From Schizochytrium sp. TIO01 (lineage: Eukaryota; Protista; Bigyra: Labyrinthulomycetes): DNA of 64,000 nt. The DNA is taken from positions 7,732,761-7,796,760 of the forward strand of contig SMSO01000031.1 of the NCBI GenBank assembly GCA_004764695.1, read 5' to 3'. Below are positions 23,701-34,000 of the stretch, one piece after another. The notes under the pieces were generated by a model. The model made no database searches and was not told where the DNA came from. It worked only from the letters and a program-made list of their open reading frames with translations. Position 1 is the stretch's first letter; the number at the start of each line of letters is the position of its first letter. The position numbers and the translations under genes are program-made.

Positions 23701-25083
23701 GATAGGGGTATCCGCGGCGAAAAGCTCGCGACGAACTTCAGAGTCAACCTTGTTGCTCGAAGTGGCACGCTGCTCAATCTGTTGAGTCTTCTCCTTAGAG
23801 TACGGAGAAGCGAGCCATGCCTTGGCAAGGGCTTCCTCGCTACTCGGGGCGTTGGGGCGCGTCTGGTAGATTGTACGTGCCTCGGTGGTGACCTCCTGAA
23901 TAAAGTCAGCAATATCACGATCGTCGGGGCAGTCGAAACCAATACTAGAAAAGTATGGCAAGACATTCTCGCGAGGCCCGTGGTAGACAACATATCCCAT
24001 GGCAAGGATCATGATCTCGTCAAAGAGATCATAAACCTCAGGAGGGGGCTGGAGAAGGGCAACGATCGGGGTGGTCTCCATCACACGAGCAACACCAGTA
24101 ATGCGTCTGCAAATGTCAAAGGTTGCAGAACTGTCAAGACCAGTGGAGATTTGATCATAGAAGGCGAGCGGGCGGCGAGCCATCATCATCTCAGCGGAGG
24201 TTACACGCTTACGTTCACCACCAGAAACACCACGAAGAAGGTCGTTACCTACGATGGTGTCCGCTGCGTTTCCAAGCAGCAGGTTGTCAATGATAAATTG
24301 GGGGAACTCATCGAACTCCTTTCTCACATGCTCGATCTCCTCCGGTGTGGCATTTTGAGCAAGCGAAGCGGCGGCGCTGATCTTGGCAGCGGCCTCCGGT
24401 CCTCCGAAACAGTCGTAGGCGAACTGAAGAGTCTCGCGCACGGTAAGCACAGCGGTGTGCTCGTCATTCTGGTCCACGTAGGTGGAAAGGCTGCGAACAC
24501 GGACTTCGTCAGAGGTGTAGCCCGAGTAGTAGATCTCACCCTCAAGTTGAGCCTTGCTACCAGTTTTGAGACGCTGTGAGAGAGCTTTGAAGAGGGTGGT
24601 GACACCACATCCGGGGGGTCCAAGTACAAGAGTAGACCTTCCCGCCTCAAAAGCACCAGAAATGTTGCGAAGGATGGGCAAGTCGATGCGCGAATCCTTG
24701 CTGCACATGAACGGCATGTACATGGTGTTAACAACGTTGGAAATGCCAACGTCAGCCTTTGGCACGTTCACAGTGTAGCTAATGTTCTTGAAACCGAGGT
24801 GGACAGGCCAGTGGTCACCCTGGCGGACACGAGACATGACCTTGGCATGAGCCACGGCAGTCATCTCGCGACTAGAGGGGGGTTGCATAGAGCTGCTCAT
24901 CTTGCTCCGTGCCCGTGCGTAGTCGTCCATGTCTTGAGTAGTCTTGGCAGGCTTATCGTCGGTGCTGGAGGAGTCATCAGAGTCTTGCATTTCAACATCG
25001 AACTCATCTTGAGGCAGGTCGCCGTCAAGCGTAATTGTGCCTGACTCGGCGGTCTTATCGACTTCTGATCCGTCACCCAACAT
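20794..25083 (-). CDS. Full-size PDR-type ABCG transporter, copy 1 (NBD-TMD-NBD-TMD), 1429 aa, intronless
   Basis: NBD1: GPPGCGVTT, VSGGERKR, FYDQISTGLDS, LLQP. NBD2: GSSGAGKST, LSTEQAKR, FADEPTSGLD, CTIHQP. Also YNPATYMLE and two TMDs. First ATG at 25083 (MLGD) matches the paralogue starts; the track start is GTG. Confidence 0.95.
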   Translation of the reverse strand: MLGDGSEVDKTAESGTITLDGDLPQDEFDVEMQDSDDSSSTDDKPAKTTQDMDDYARARSKMSSSMQPPSSREMTAVAHAKVMSRVRQGDHWPVHLGFKNISYTVNVPKADVGISNVVNTMYMPFMCSKDSRIDLPILRNISGAFEAGRSTLVLGPPGCGVTTLFKALSQRLKTGSKAQLEGEIYYSGYTSDEVRVRSLSTYVDQNDEHTAVLTVRETLQFAYDCFGGPEAAAKISAAASLAQNATPEEIEHVRKEFDEFPQFIIDNLLLGNAADTIVGNDLLRGVSGGERKRVTSAEMMMARRPLAFYDQISTGLDSSATFDICRRITGVARVMETTPIVALLQPPPEVYDLFDEIMILAMGYVVYHGPRENVLPYFSSIGFDCPDDRDIADFIQEVTTEARTIYQTRPNAPSSEEALAKAWLASPYSKEKTQQIEQRATSSNKVDSEVRRELFAADTPIYSTSCCEDFQLVLKRQWQLVSRDPAFLRARAMQAIIMGVIIGTLFLNLGSDLPESFADGNNTLVTQRYGLIFSALLQCALAGMAQVPIVLDQRPVYYKQSSSYFFRTINYVLAESITVIPIIVFEAIILSTLIFWLSRVVPWGDDTPTGESDVGGRFMLFVVVMICINLSFSAWLRAVATLSPSAAIGQVIAGISISACILFSGFIITQDTMPPWFIWIYWITPISWAYRSAVLVIFQSKAFTAGQQAYALGLFSFTDDSNYLWAGILMLIGFMVVDTFLSTWGYEKVRFENSGSRQTKSSPNAEETNNPDVAEVERLMSGLSSRNLANERNASSKLGSNIRGESYAVRIDTTLNSERFVPVDLVFRDLWYAVQGPEDKKGEFNLNLLKGVSGYAESGTLTALMGSSGAGKSTLLDVLALRKTSGKITGDVLVNGRPQEKITFSRIVGYVEQNDIHSPTATVAEAILFSALLRQPKDVPRDEKEKFVENVIDTLQLNPIRDFMIGHKTEGGLSTEQAKRVTIGVELAANPAIIFADEPTSGLDASSARVVMDCLERIARANRTVICTIHQPSKDIFTKFDRLLLLRRGGEMVYFGDLGEKSKTLLDYLAAIPGTPGMPNPRYNPATYMLEAIGKNAGKSSVDYHEQYKESDIRKATDARIEEIVQNNLSERPEIHFKERFASDFKTQADQLFLRWMRAYWRNPSYNTTRIFIAVFVSLFFGFSFFKNGDELSVASDVQSFVGLMFMASVFMGVIAVNTAIPTIMAERAPFYRERAASYYSVAPMVIAITCVELPYIIFSACIFVPVFYFIVKLWINVTAFWTWWGTYVLLQTALTFLGHLFSTIAPNEQVATVFGALCFGIWSITAGLMIAVRDIPPQWYWLSTINPLRYSLNALVSAELACDDPSTTNSPGCNQLTDVDLTAWGYTQETFGFEAHDWKFCIGALAGFAAGWRIVTILAYTYVSFLKR

Positions 25084-25628
25084 GATCGATTTGGGTTTTA
25101 ACAGGTCAAGCTTTAGGTCCACAAGAGAGGGAGTGTTGTCCTAGAAAGCAACACCTCCCGAGAGTAACCGGGAGTCGTTTCGACCTACGCCAGTGAGTGC
25201 GCGAATGATCTGTTGATCTTGTTGTGTCCAGATATCTCTTTGTTCTTGTGCCGTTGGCCTTTCGCTGTCCTCAGCAACGACGACAACAAGCGCAACAGCT
25301 GCAACAGCAGTTTAAGCAAAACGACCCGCAGCCGGTTCTGGCGGGGCCTGGTTTAGCAAGCAGTTCGATCGATCAACGAGGACCGCCACCGAGAGCTTAG
25401 TCTCGCTTTGAGTGGGTTCCGCGAGGGGTTTGCGGAGTTTGGGGTTTGCTGGTCTGTTGGCGACCTTGAGTTTGGGGTTTGGGGAGTTGATGCTTGGTGG
25501 TGGATTCGAGGAGGATGACGCTGCCACCAAAGATGAATTTGGAGTTGATGAATCAGACTTACAATGAACAATTCAAAACATTTTTTCTTTTTCTTTTCTT
25601 CAGTGTTTTTATTTCTTCATCATTTCAG

Positions 25629-25631
25629 ATA

Positions 25632-25665
<34 letters not shown>
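25629..25665. repeat. (AAT)n microsatellite
   Basis: Direct read. Confidence 0.9.
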
Positions 25666-25668
<3 letters not shown>

Positions 25669-26256
25669 TAGTTCTTTTCGTTTACGTTTACATAGAAATT
25701 AGGAAAATAAGTTTTAAAATAGAGCAACTTCCAAGCAATGCTCAAGAACAAATTTATCTTCAGCACTGAGAATGATGAATTTCACCTCAGCGAGGACCCA
25801 ACCGAACGAACATGAAGGTGGCCAATGCTGTCTTAAAGACCATCAGAGGTGTTTTCAAGAGGTATACCAACATACACATTCTCACATAAGCAACGTGAAA
25901 TGAATATTTTACAAGCCTTCACTGTTCCTAGTTCTTGTTTTCTCCTTTCTTCAGAAGTAGTTTTCAATTACATATACTTTTTCGAGAAACAAACAAAAGG
26001 AATGATTTCTAAAAGCAATACTTTAAAAGCAAACTATTTAAAAAGTAAAAACAAAAACAAAAGTAAAAATAAAGGAGGGAATTCTACGAAGTTTTTCTTC
26101 ACCCAAAGTGGAGCGTGCAAAATCCTTCATTATTCCTCGTCCAAGACTGCAGCAGTTCTGTACACCTGCGCCTCTCCCCATCAACTACCAACGCCACAGT
26201 AGTATATCCATGCTACCCTTTCCAGCTTTTGATGGTTTCGTCTCTCAAGAGGCTAT

Positions 26257-26327
26257 TTCATTCATTCATTCATTCATTCATTCATTCATTCATTCATTCA
26301 TTCATTCATTCATTCATTCATTCATTC
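26257..26327. repeat. (CATT)n microsatellite, ~17 units
   Basis: Direct read; a (TTTTC)n tract follows at ~26391-26443. Confidence 0.95.
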
Positions 26328-29300
26328 AAACCTCTTGCTTTCTTCAATTAAACGAGGTGGAAAAGGAAACAGTTTACGCTTAAAGCTTTTCCTCTTTCTT
26401 TTCTTTCCTTTTCTTTTCTTTTCTTTTCTTTTCTTTTCTTTTCTGTTCTGTTCTTTCCTTTACCATTCTTTTAAATCTAAAAATTAAGCTTCAACTAACT
26501 AACTAACTAACTAATAGGTGCGCGTTAGGTATAACACTAGGACCCTGCTAGCTACCTTCAAACAAAAGGGGCATTGCAAAGTTGCAAACAAAGGTTCAAC
26601 AACGCGCGCAATGCACAGCTCCGCTGAGCGCCTGACTCCGCAGAGATGCGTTCGCGTGGGCCTTGCCTCGCCGCCGCTCCTCCTGCTGACTGACGCCTCG
26701 GCCCATTCACCCGCATACGCCGCACCGCTTCAGCGGCCTCGACCGCCTTCGAAGGAACGGGTGGCGCTCGCAGTCTATATCTATATCTATCTATCTATCT
26801 CTCCGACGATCGATCGATCAATTCATTCATTCATTCATTCATTCATTCATTCTTCTGCCTGACCTCGCGAACTTGGAGAAGGCTTCTCTGTTCTCTGCCG
26901 TGCTCAGTAGCGCGAAAGAGTATTGTGGGCGCATCTACTACCTGCTGTTAGGCAGATAGATAGACGAAAAGCTACCGATGCTCTTGTAGAATAAGAGTCA
27001 CCGCATTTTGAGAATGGTCGATTGCAATTCATTCAATCATTCATTCATTTGATTTAAATTGATTTAAATTAGATTGATTGGTTCATTTATTCATTTGTTG
27101 ATATATTGATTGATTGATTGATATATTGATTGATTGTTGATTCGATCATTCGCATCGAACAGCGGCACCACTGTTTGTTATGTACCTTGTAAAAGAAAGA
27201 AAGAAAGAGACAAACACTTATTGTATTAGAATCGGTCGCAGGCAAGCACGAGTAGGAGCTCCTACAGACACGACTATGTACCCTCTCTGTTCTTAGTCTT
27301 GTTCTAATGCCTTTCTTGGTACTTACCAATATTTTCATTTCATCCTTTTCATGTACTTGGGACCTTCCTACTGAGGTCCTACTCCTAACATTAGGAGTAT
27401 CCTACGGTTGACCTCGTTTTCTTCTTCTCTTTCGTTTACTGTAGTCTAAGTAGCACCATCTACCGAGTACTGGTAGCAGTGCCTCTGCTAGAATCCATTC
27501 ATTCACTGTAAATAAAACATTCATAGATTGGCTTCTTTTTCGCGGCCCCATCCTTTCTCTGGCCGACTGCAATAAAGACTAAGCAAATCAATCAATCAAT
27601 CAATCGATCGATCAATCGACGAATCTACGGATGAGTAAATAAATGAATACCCGGGTAGATAGATAACGTGTTGAAGTGGGAGCTGATGATTGATGTTCAA
27701 CAGCGATAGGCTACACGAGTTGACGAGGCATCGCGAAGCAGAATGAATGACGTGCAAAGTTTCAAGTTTTGCAGTTACACTCATTTGTTTCGTGGTCTCT
27801 GTTCTCTTTCTCTTCGCGTTCCTTTTTTTCTGTTTGTTCCACTCCGTCTAACGAAAGGCAATTAAGTAATTGTACCACCTACTATGCCTATTCTCACTTT
27901 TCATTTTCTTCTTCTTTTTCTAACTTTAGTACTATTAATTTTTAAAATTAAAAATGGTTTCAAAAACATGCTTATTTAATATACATGCGTTTACTAAAAT
28001 CAAAAAATGCGCAAAGTCTTTAAGCCATAACAATCGTTTCCTGACTTTAAAAGGAAAAGCACCGATCGTACTACAACAGAGATGAATCAATTCGCAGAGG
28101 GAACAAAGAAGAAGGCGGAGGAAACCCGTCTGCTTACTAAAGTACCTAATCCTTCCTTACTCTGAAAGAGAGAGGTTATTAATAAGTTAGTTATGAATTA
28201 ATTACTTCATTCATTCATTCATACGTACCGACTTTCAGGGCGGAGGAAGCACAACAACGCAATCGGCGCAAGTCCACCCGAGCAAAGCGCAGGAATGTGT
28301 GGCAAAGGCAGCGGAGTGAGTGAGTGACTGAGTGACTGAGGGAATAATGAATGAGCTTCGAAGGAGGTCTCAGTCTCCCGTATGTCACATCTCAATGCTA
28401 CGTCAGCGAGCATTTAGCGCTGATGCGAACGGGTCCTCAGTATCGCGTAACTGCTATTGCTCATGACGGCTCGTGAGTTTTACTGTTTATCTAAGTCTCA
28501 TTTCATTATTACACTCTTTTCTTCTTTTATCTATTTGTTCATCCATATCATTTTATTATATTTTAAAATGAGTGAGTATTTTATACAATTAGATGGAAAA
28601 TGGAAACGAAGAGGGAGGCTCAGGGTCTTCAAGTTGGTGAAGCGGCTGATTCTTTGACGAAACTGTCTGGAGCTGGCTGGGAAGGAAGGGTGAGCGAGTG
28701 GCTAGACATTTAGGCGAGCCCTTTCAGCCGGTCAGCCAGTTAGTCAGAGAGCCCATGATCATGATTGTGAAAGGGCTCAAGGTTTATTTTATAACATTCC
28801 CTGTTCCAAGTTTTATTGCAATTTTCGTTATATTTTTTACGCTGTTAAAATCTATAACTATTTATTTAGATATATTGAAGTGGAAAGAGGAACATTGTGG
28901 TGATGCAATTAAAATTCCGAATGGGAACCCGCACGACGGCATGCGATTGATTTCTCAGTTGACTTTGAGAGGAATGGCATTCCATTCATTCCTCGTCATC
29001 GTCATGAGCACCAGCATCAGCGGCATCAGCGCTTGCCTTCGTTGCGCGTTGGCGTTGCTGCGAGTTTGATTGATCACATGAACGGTGGCTTAGAACTCCA
29101 ACAGCGCCACGGCGTTATGACAGAGACCCATTCCCACAACGCGAGAGCAACGAAGGCAATGCTCTGAAGAAGCCACGCATGTTTGACTGTTCTGCTCCCA
29201 AAGTGAGGAAGCCGCTTCTTTTTTGTCTCCACACGAATCGCTGTCTCCTCTTTGCTCAGGATTAAAGCGTGTCTCTTCAAACGAAGGCTTCGATCTTCGT

Positions 29301-30995
29301 TTTGTCTGACTGACCTCGGACAGACGGATCGCACATCGTCCATCGACCAATCAACGCACATCATCGCCAAGCTCAGGCCGCCTTGAACGCGACCCATCAT
29401 AATTGCCGGAGGCCGAGCACAGCGTTGCTGCTGTTCAACCCTGCGCTCGAAACTGGAGTGGCAGGCATGATAGAAATGAACAAACAAACAAACAGTAACG
29501 ATGTTATCGAACGAACGGCCATTGTGATGTAATGCTGTCGAGATTCCCGGCGTTATTCTCACCACTGCTCATCATCAGAGCGTTATGAAACGTCCCGGCA
29601 CCCGCATTTCGAGGAATTGGCGGAAACCAGATGTGCCTGCAGCTTGAAGTAGTGAGCTCGATGGTTTCCCAATGGCCGCTGCAGTTTGAGGACTTCATGA
29701 AGAAGCTACTCGCCGAGCTCATAAGAGGTCCAAGGAGTCGATATTGATTGACAAGCAAGTAACGATGTTATTCTTTTTTATTTTGTTTTTGATGTTTTAT
29801 TACCTGATGGGTGACTCGTATTTGGGAGGTCTTCTAGGTCGCTTCGTGAGCCATGGAAAGGAGAAGGTTCGTAATTTGATCTGTGGCTGAATCTGGGTGG
29901 CATTAGCTGAGCCAAAGCGCGATTTTGGATTGACCCAACCCGAAACTCGGTGTTCAAGCTGCCAATGATCGGTCTCTTTGCTTTTGAGGAAGCACACCAC
30001 AACGCCCAGAACCACGGGCCTCCGCTACGGACAACAGACTGTACAAGGTACTCCTTCCTCGAAAGGCCATATGGTTGTCCGTAGGAGGGAGGAGCGTCAG
30101 TACTTAGGCACTTCTCTCCATCGATCCCAGTCTAAGTCAGCTCATCTTTGCACACCCTGATCATCATCATCATCGGCAGCAACAACAACAGTAGCGGCAT
30201 CTCCATCGTCTAAATCCCACGTCCAAGCCAACCTGAGATTTCCAGCGCAAGTTTTACGAGGGTATTCCGCGTAAACTCCGTTCATCGAAGTTGTCGAAAG
30301 CACCAACAATCTTCACTGCCACAGCTTGGAACCCCTGGAACCCTTGCAGGAAACAAGTTCAGGGGACAGCGCTTCCCTCTAAGCTCGCATCATCATCAAT
30401 TATCCGCCTCCATCTGCAAATTGACCTGCAATTCCATCGCTCAACATGACCAAGCAAGTGAATAAATGAACGATACCCGTCGAATCGAATCATAGCCATC
30501 CGTCAATCCATCGAAGGTGGTCGTGAACTTGTCGAAGCATTGGTTGGTTCGGCGAAAAGATCATTGTTCGCAGCCGAGTGTAGGTATCTATCTATCTGTG
30601 TCTTAGCATATGTGTATCTGCCGTTGTGGTGGTGCTCAGTCTCAACGAACTTGCACAGATACGCTTATTAGGCGGCACTTTTGACCACGGACCGCAACGA
30701 GTCTGGTATGTACCGCGCACCGTGAAATTATTTTAGTTCCCACTTCACTTTGCTCTGTGTTCCTTTGTTCTTCGCTCTTTTTTGCACCCCTTTCTATAAA
30801 GTTATATTCCTGAACTTCTTTTTTTCCATATTTTATAATAATCATTGTAATGATTGTAATAATCGTAGTTTACAGTGTGAAACAACATGAATGAATTTTC
30901 ATTTTCACTCATAAGCTGGCGTATGTATGTAGAACCGAACGTATAGTGGCAGCCTCTGATGAGTAGGCTTTGTTTTTGTTTGGTTTTATCAATAG

Positions 30996-31041
30996 TTAGA
31001 AAGGAGGAGGCGATGCAACTTAGAAAGGAGGAGGCGATGCA
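30996..31041. repeat. Tandem duplication, period 24 bp (TTAGAAAGGAGGAGGCGATGCA x2)
   Basis: Identical 22-bp units at 30996-31017 and 31020-31041. Confidence 0.9.
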
Positions 31042-34000
31042 TACTCCTTTATTGCGATTATTCTATTTAATAGAAAAATAAATTAATATTTTAAAGAATA
31101 TAAATAAAACAATTTTTTACTTACAAATATAGAAGTTTAAAAAAAAATGTTTTTTAATATGTATAGAAAAGTTGGTATATATTGTCGTTCCAAGAGAACA
31201 AAGTGCTTGGACTGTCGAGAAGCGCGAATGGCGTGAACAGTTTTGGGAAAAGCGGCAGTGCATGGGTTAATACGCGCAAATGCGATATCTCCGTGGCCAT
31301 GAACTTCATGTATCTGTTGAGAGAGGGCACATTTGCATGATGTTCGTTCTCCAGGCATAAGGTTATACTTTATTTCATGAGGTTCCCTTCCCCACCGGTA
31401 GGAGCAGTTTATTTTTTTGATATTCGTTGCTCCTTTTTTAAATTGAAAATTTCCAAGTGGATAAATAAATAAATCTCCTCAGACCTAGTCAAACTCCTCT
31501 TCTTGCGCTTATCAAATTCAACAACCGCATCCACGGACGGTCGAAGTCTACGTCGCTTTCCAGGTTTTCCGTATTTCATGTCAAGTTTGCAACTCACGCA
31601 TGTCTTCACTGCTTCTCGGTCAGAACATTCGAGCTTGCTACAGCCTGTTTTCTCAGAAGTGAAAGCACCAATGAATCATTCAATTTTTGGTCATTTAAAA
31701 AAAGAAGAAAAAAAGTGTACTTTCGTGCATGTGGATCCTTAAATTTAGGGAAAGGAAATTGGACATAGATTGCTTTTGTCGGCTACTTATGAACCTAAGA
31801 AAGGCTCCCAAGCCTGGTGGATGGATGCTTTCATAAATTAAACCTGTCTACCTTTTCTGTACCTGCTTCATAACCCATTAACCCTCACAAGACACAAGTA
31901 CCTGCATGAGAAACCTACTGAGCTACTGATGCACATCCATTCCTGCAGAACACGCGCAACTTAGACTTGTTTCCCGCTTCTACTAGCTAGAATCACACAT
32001 TTGGCAACAAAGGATGCAGAAGCTGCGTCAATGCCACTCGTGGCTGGCCATTCAGAAAGCTTTGCACCTATAACTTAATAATATGCGTTCATTCTTCGGG
32101 CGAGAAGCCGAGACCTATAAGACGCTGTTTATAGCGAAGAGTCACTTGAGCGAATGAAGCGCAGCGAAAGGATGGTCATTTCCCGCATATTGATCACTCA
32201 ATGGCCAGTTGTTCAGAATCAAGTGTCTCCTGGCTTCTTCTGCTGTGAGATTTCTAAACAATGCACGCACCTTTCGTGCTTTCAGGTTCTCCAAAAGGTC
32301 CTCAAGTGCAGCCGTGCATTCACGCAAATAGAGACGCGTGTGAACAACAGTGCTAGTCCAAGGTCGAGAGTTCACCAGCACCCGCAACGGAGCGTCCGTA
32401 AAGTACCTGTGCGGTTGTGAAGAGTTATAGGTATATGAAGCGGCATCCAAACTTTGGTTGTTCTCCGTCGCTTCTTCTACGAAAATTGATATATCCTATT
32501 CTCATGTCATTCATTCTAATTAAATTAAAAAAAACAAAAAAACAATAGGATGAAGGCCTATAAAATATAATATTAAAGTCCTACCAGGAACAAGGCGAAA
32601 ACAACTTTTGAAAAGAAAAAGAAACAAAAACAAAAACTTTATAACCTAGGTCCTATTTGAAAGTATATATAATTGTCATGGCTTGTTTTTGTTTCTTTAA
32701 TAAGAAAAGAGTAAGCTCTGCGAATATGAGAAAACGATACATAGAAGCCTTCGCTAAAGGCCACAATATCTGTGAAGATTTGACGGAAGTCCTTTGTTTA
32801 ATTATGCCTTGCCTTTCGCTCATCTGCTAGTCTTCACGCCCTTTGCTTTGACAGGCAGAACACAACAAGGAGGAAAATAACTGTGGGGTTACCTGGAACC
32901 TAGTCTCATCTTTTCAATGTTCACAATAATAAGAACTCTCTAAACATAAACCAATGAAAAAAAAGTTAATGAATATAGTTCATAATATTTAATTTAATTA
33001 AAAAAAATAAGTAGTGATAATAAAATAAAAAATAGAAAGGCAAGGTGCAGGTATTTGTGATGACTGTTGGGCCACCAAAGGTTTTGCTGAAGCTAATCGG
33101 TGTTGAAAGGGAAGACTCAGAAAGGACTTTGACAGCTCAATAATTAAGTCAGCTTTACCATAAAGCGCAATGGCGCATGCTTTTCCGGTTCCGTTCTGGT
33201 GATGGGCTGGCTCGGAAGCGTTCTTACTATTGAAAGGCTTCTTTATTCGATTTGGACTGCCCAAGAAAAGTAGGTGCTAGAGAGAAAACTTTCATGAAAC
33301 GCCGACAGTAGTTATCAAAAGCATTGGTCACAGGTCTACGTAGTTTTGATAGATTTCAAGATCTGCGGAACCAGTCGCCATGAGTCAGCAGTTCAAAATG
33401 TTGAGTAGATGGTTCTTTATACTTCATGCGTCATTTGCAATTTTATCTTAAAGCTCATATTGCAGTCTAGAGATACAATACCACAATGGTTTTTATTTGT
33501 AGTAGTGGTTATATATTCTCAACTTTTTCTTCGGGCTTTATCAACACTGTCGCCGTCGATTGGCACGGTTCGAAGAACCAAACCAATGGCTCCTTTAGAT
33601 GAGAATGCTCGCACACAAATTTTATAACTAAACACCATCACTCTGTAAAAGCATGAGTGTCTTGATTGATCATTTCGCATTGACAACTGGCAATCTATTG
33701 ATAACGAGCTGTCAGAACAACTTCATGAGTAAGTAGGTAGGCAAGTACTCTCGAGTCCCAACCAAAGTCACTTGCTTGAAGTCTTAATGAAAGATTAGCG
33801 GTGTTCAGAGAACCCTTCCTGCCAAGCTTTGAAATGGTCTTGATTATTTAATTTTGCATCTTAGATTATTACATCGAGGTCACCTGGATTTCCCACTGTT
33901 GCCACTGTTAGAACAACGCTTTGTTCAATTCCAATTTCTCGATTCTGAGTAGCTATAGTCACCAAGAACATCTCAAGTGAGCTTGAAAATTCTAATATAC

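Noticed and set aside
27380-27399. Inverted repeat TACTCCTAA-CA-TTAGGAGTA
   Set aside because: A single short palindrome with no second copy noticed and no element context.
30956-31000. CTGATGAG resembling a hammerhead ribozyme core
   Set aside because: No stem II followed by GAAA and no flanking helices.
30996-31041. AGGAGG followed by ATG, resembling a bacterial Shine-Dalgarno site
   Set aside because: Eukaryotic context and no downstream ORF; it is a simple 24-bp duplication.
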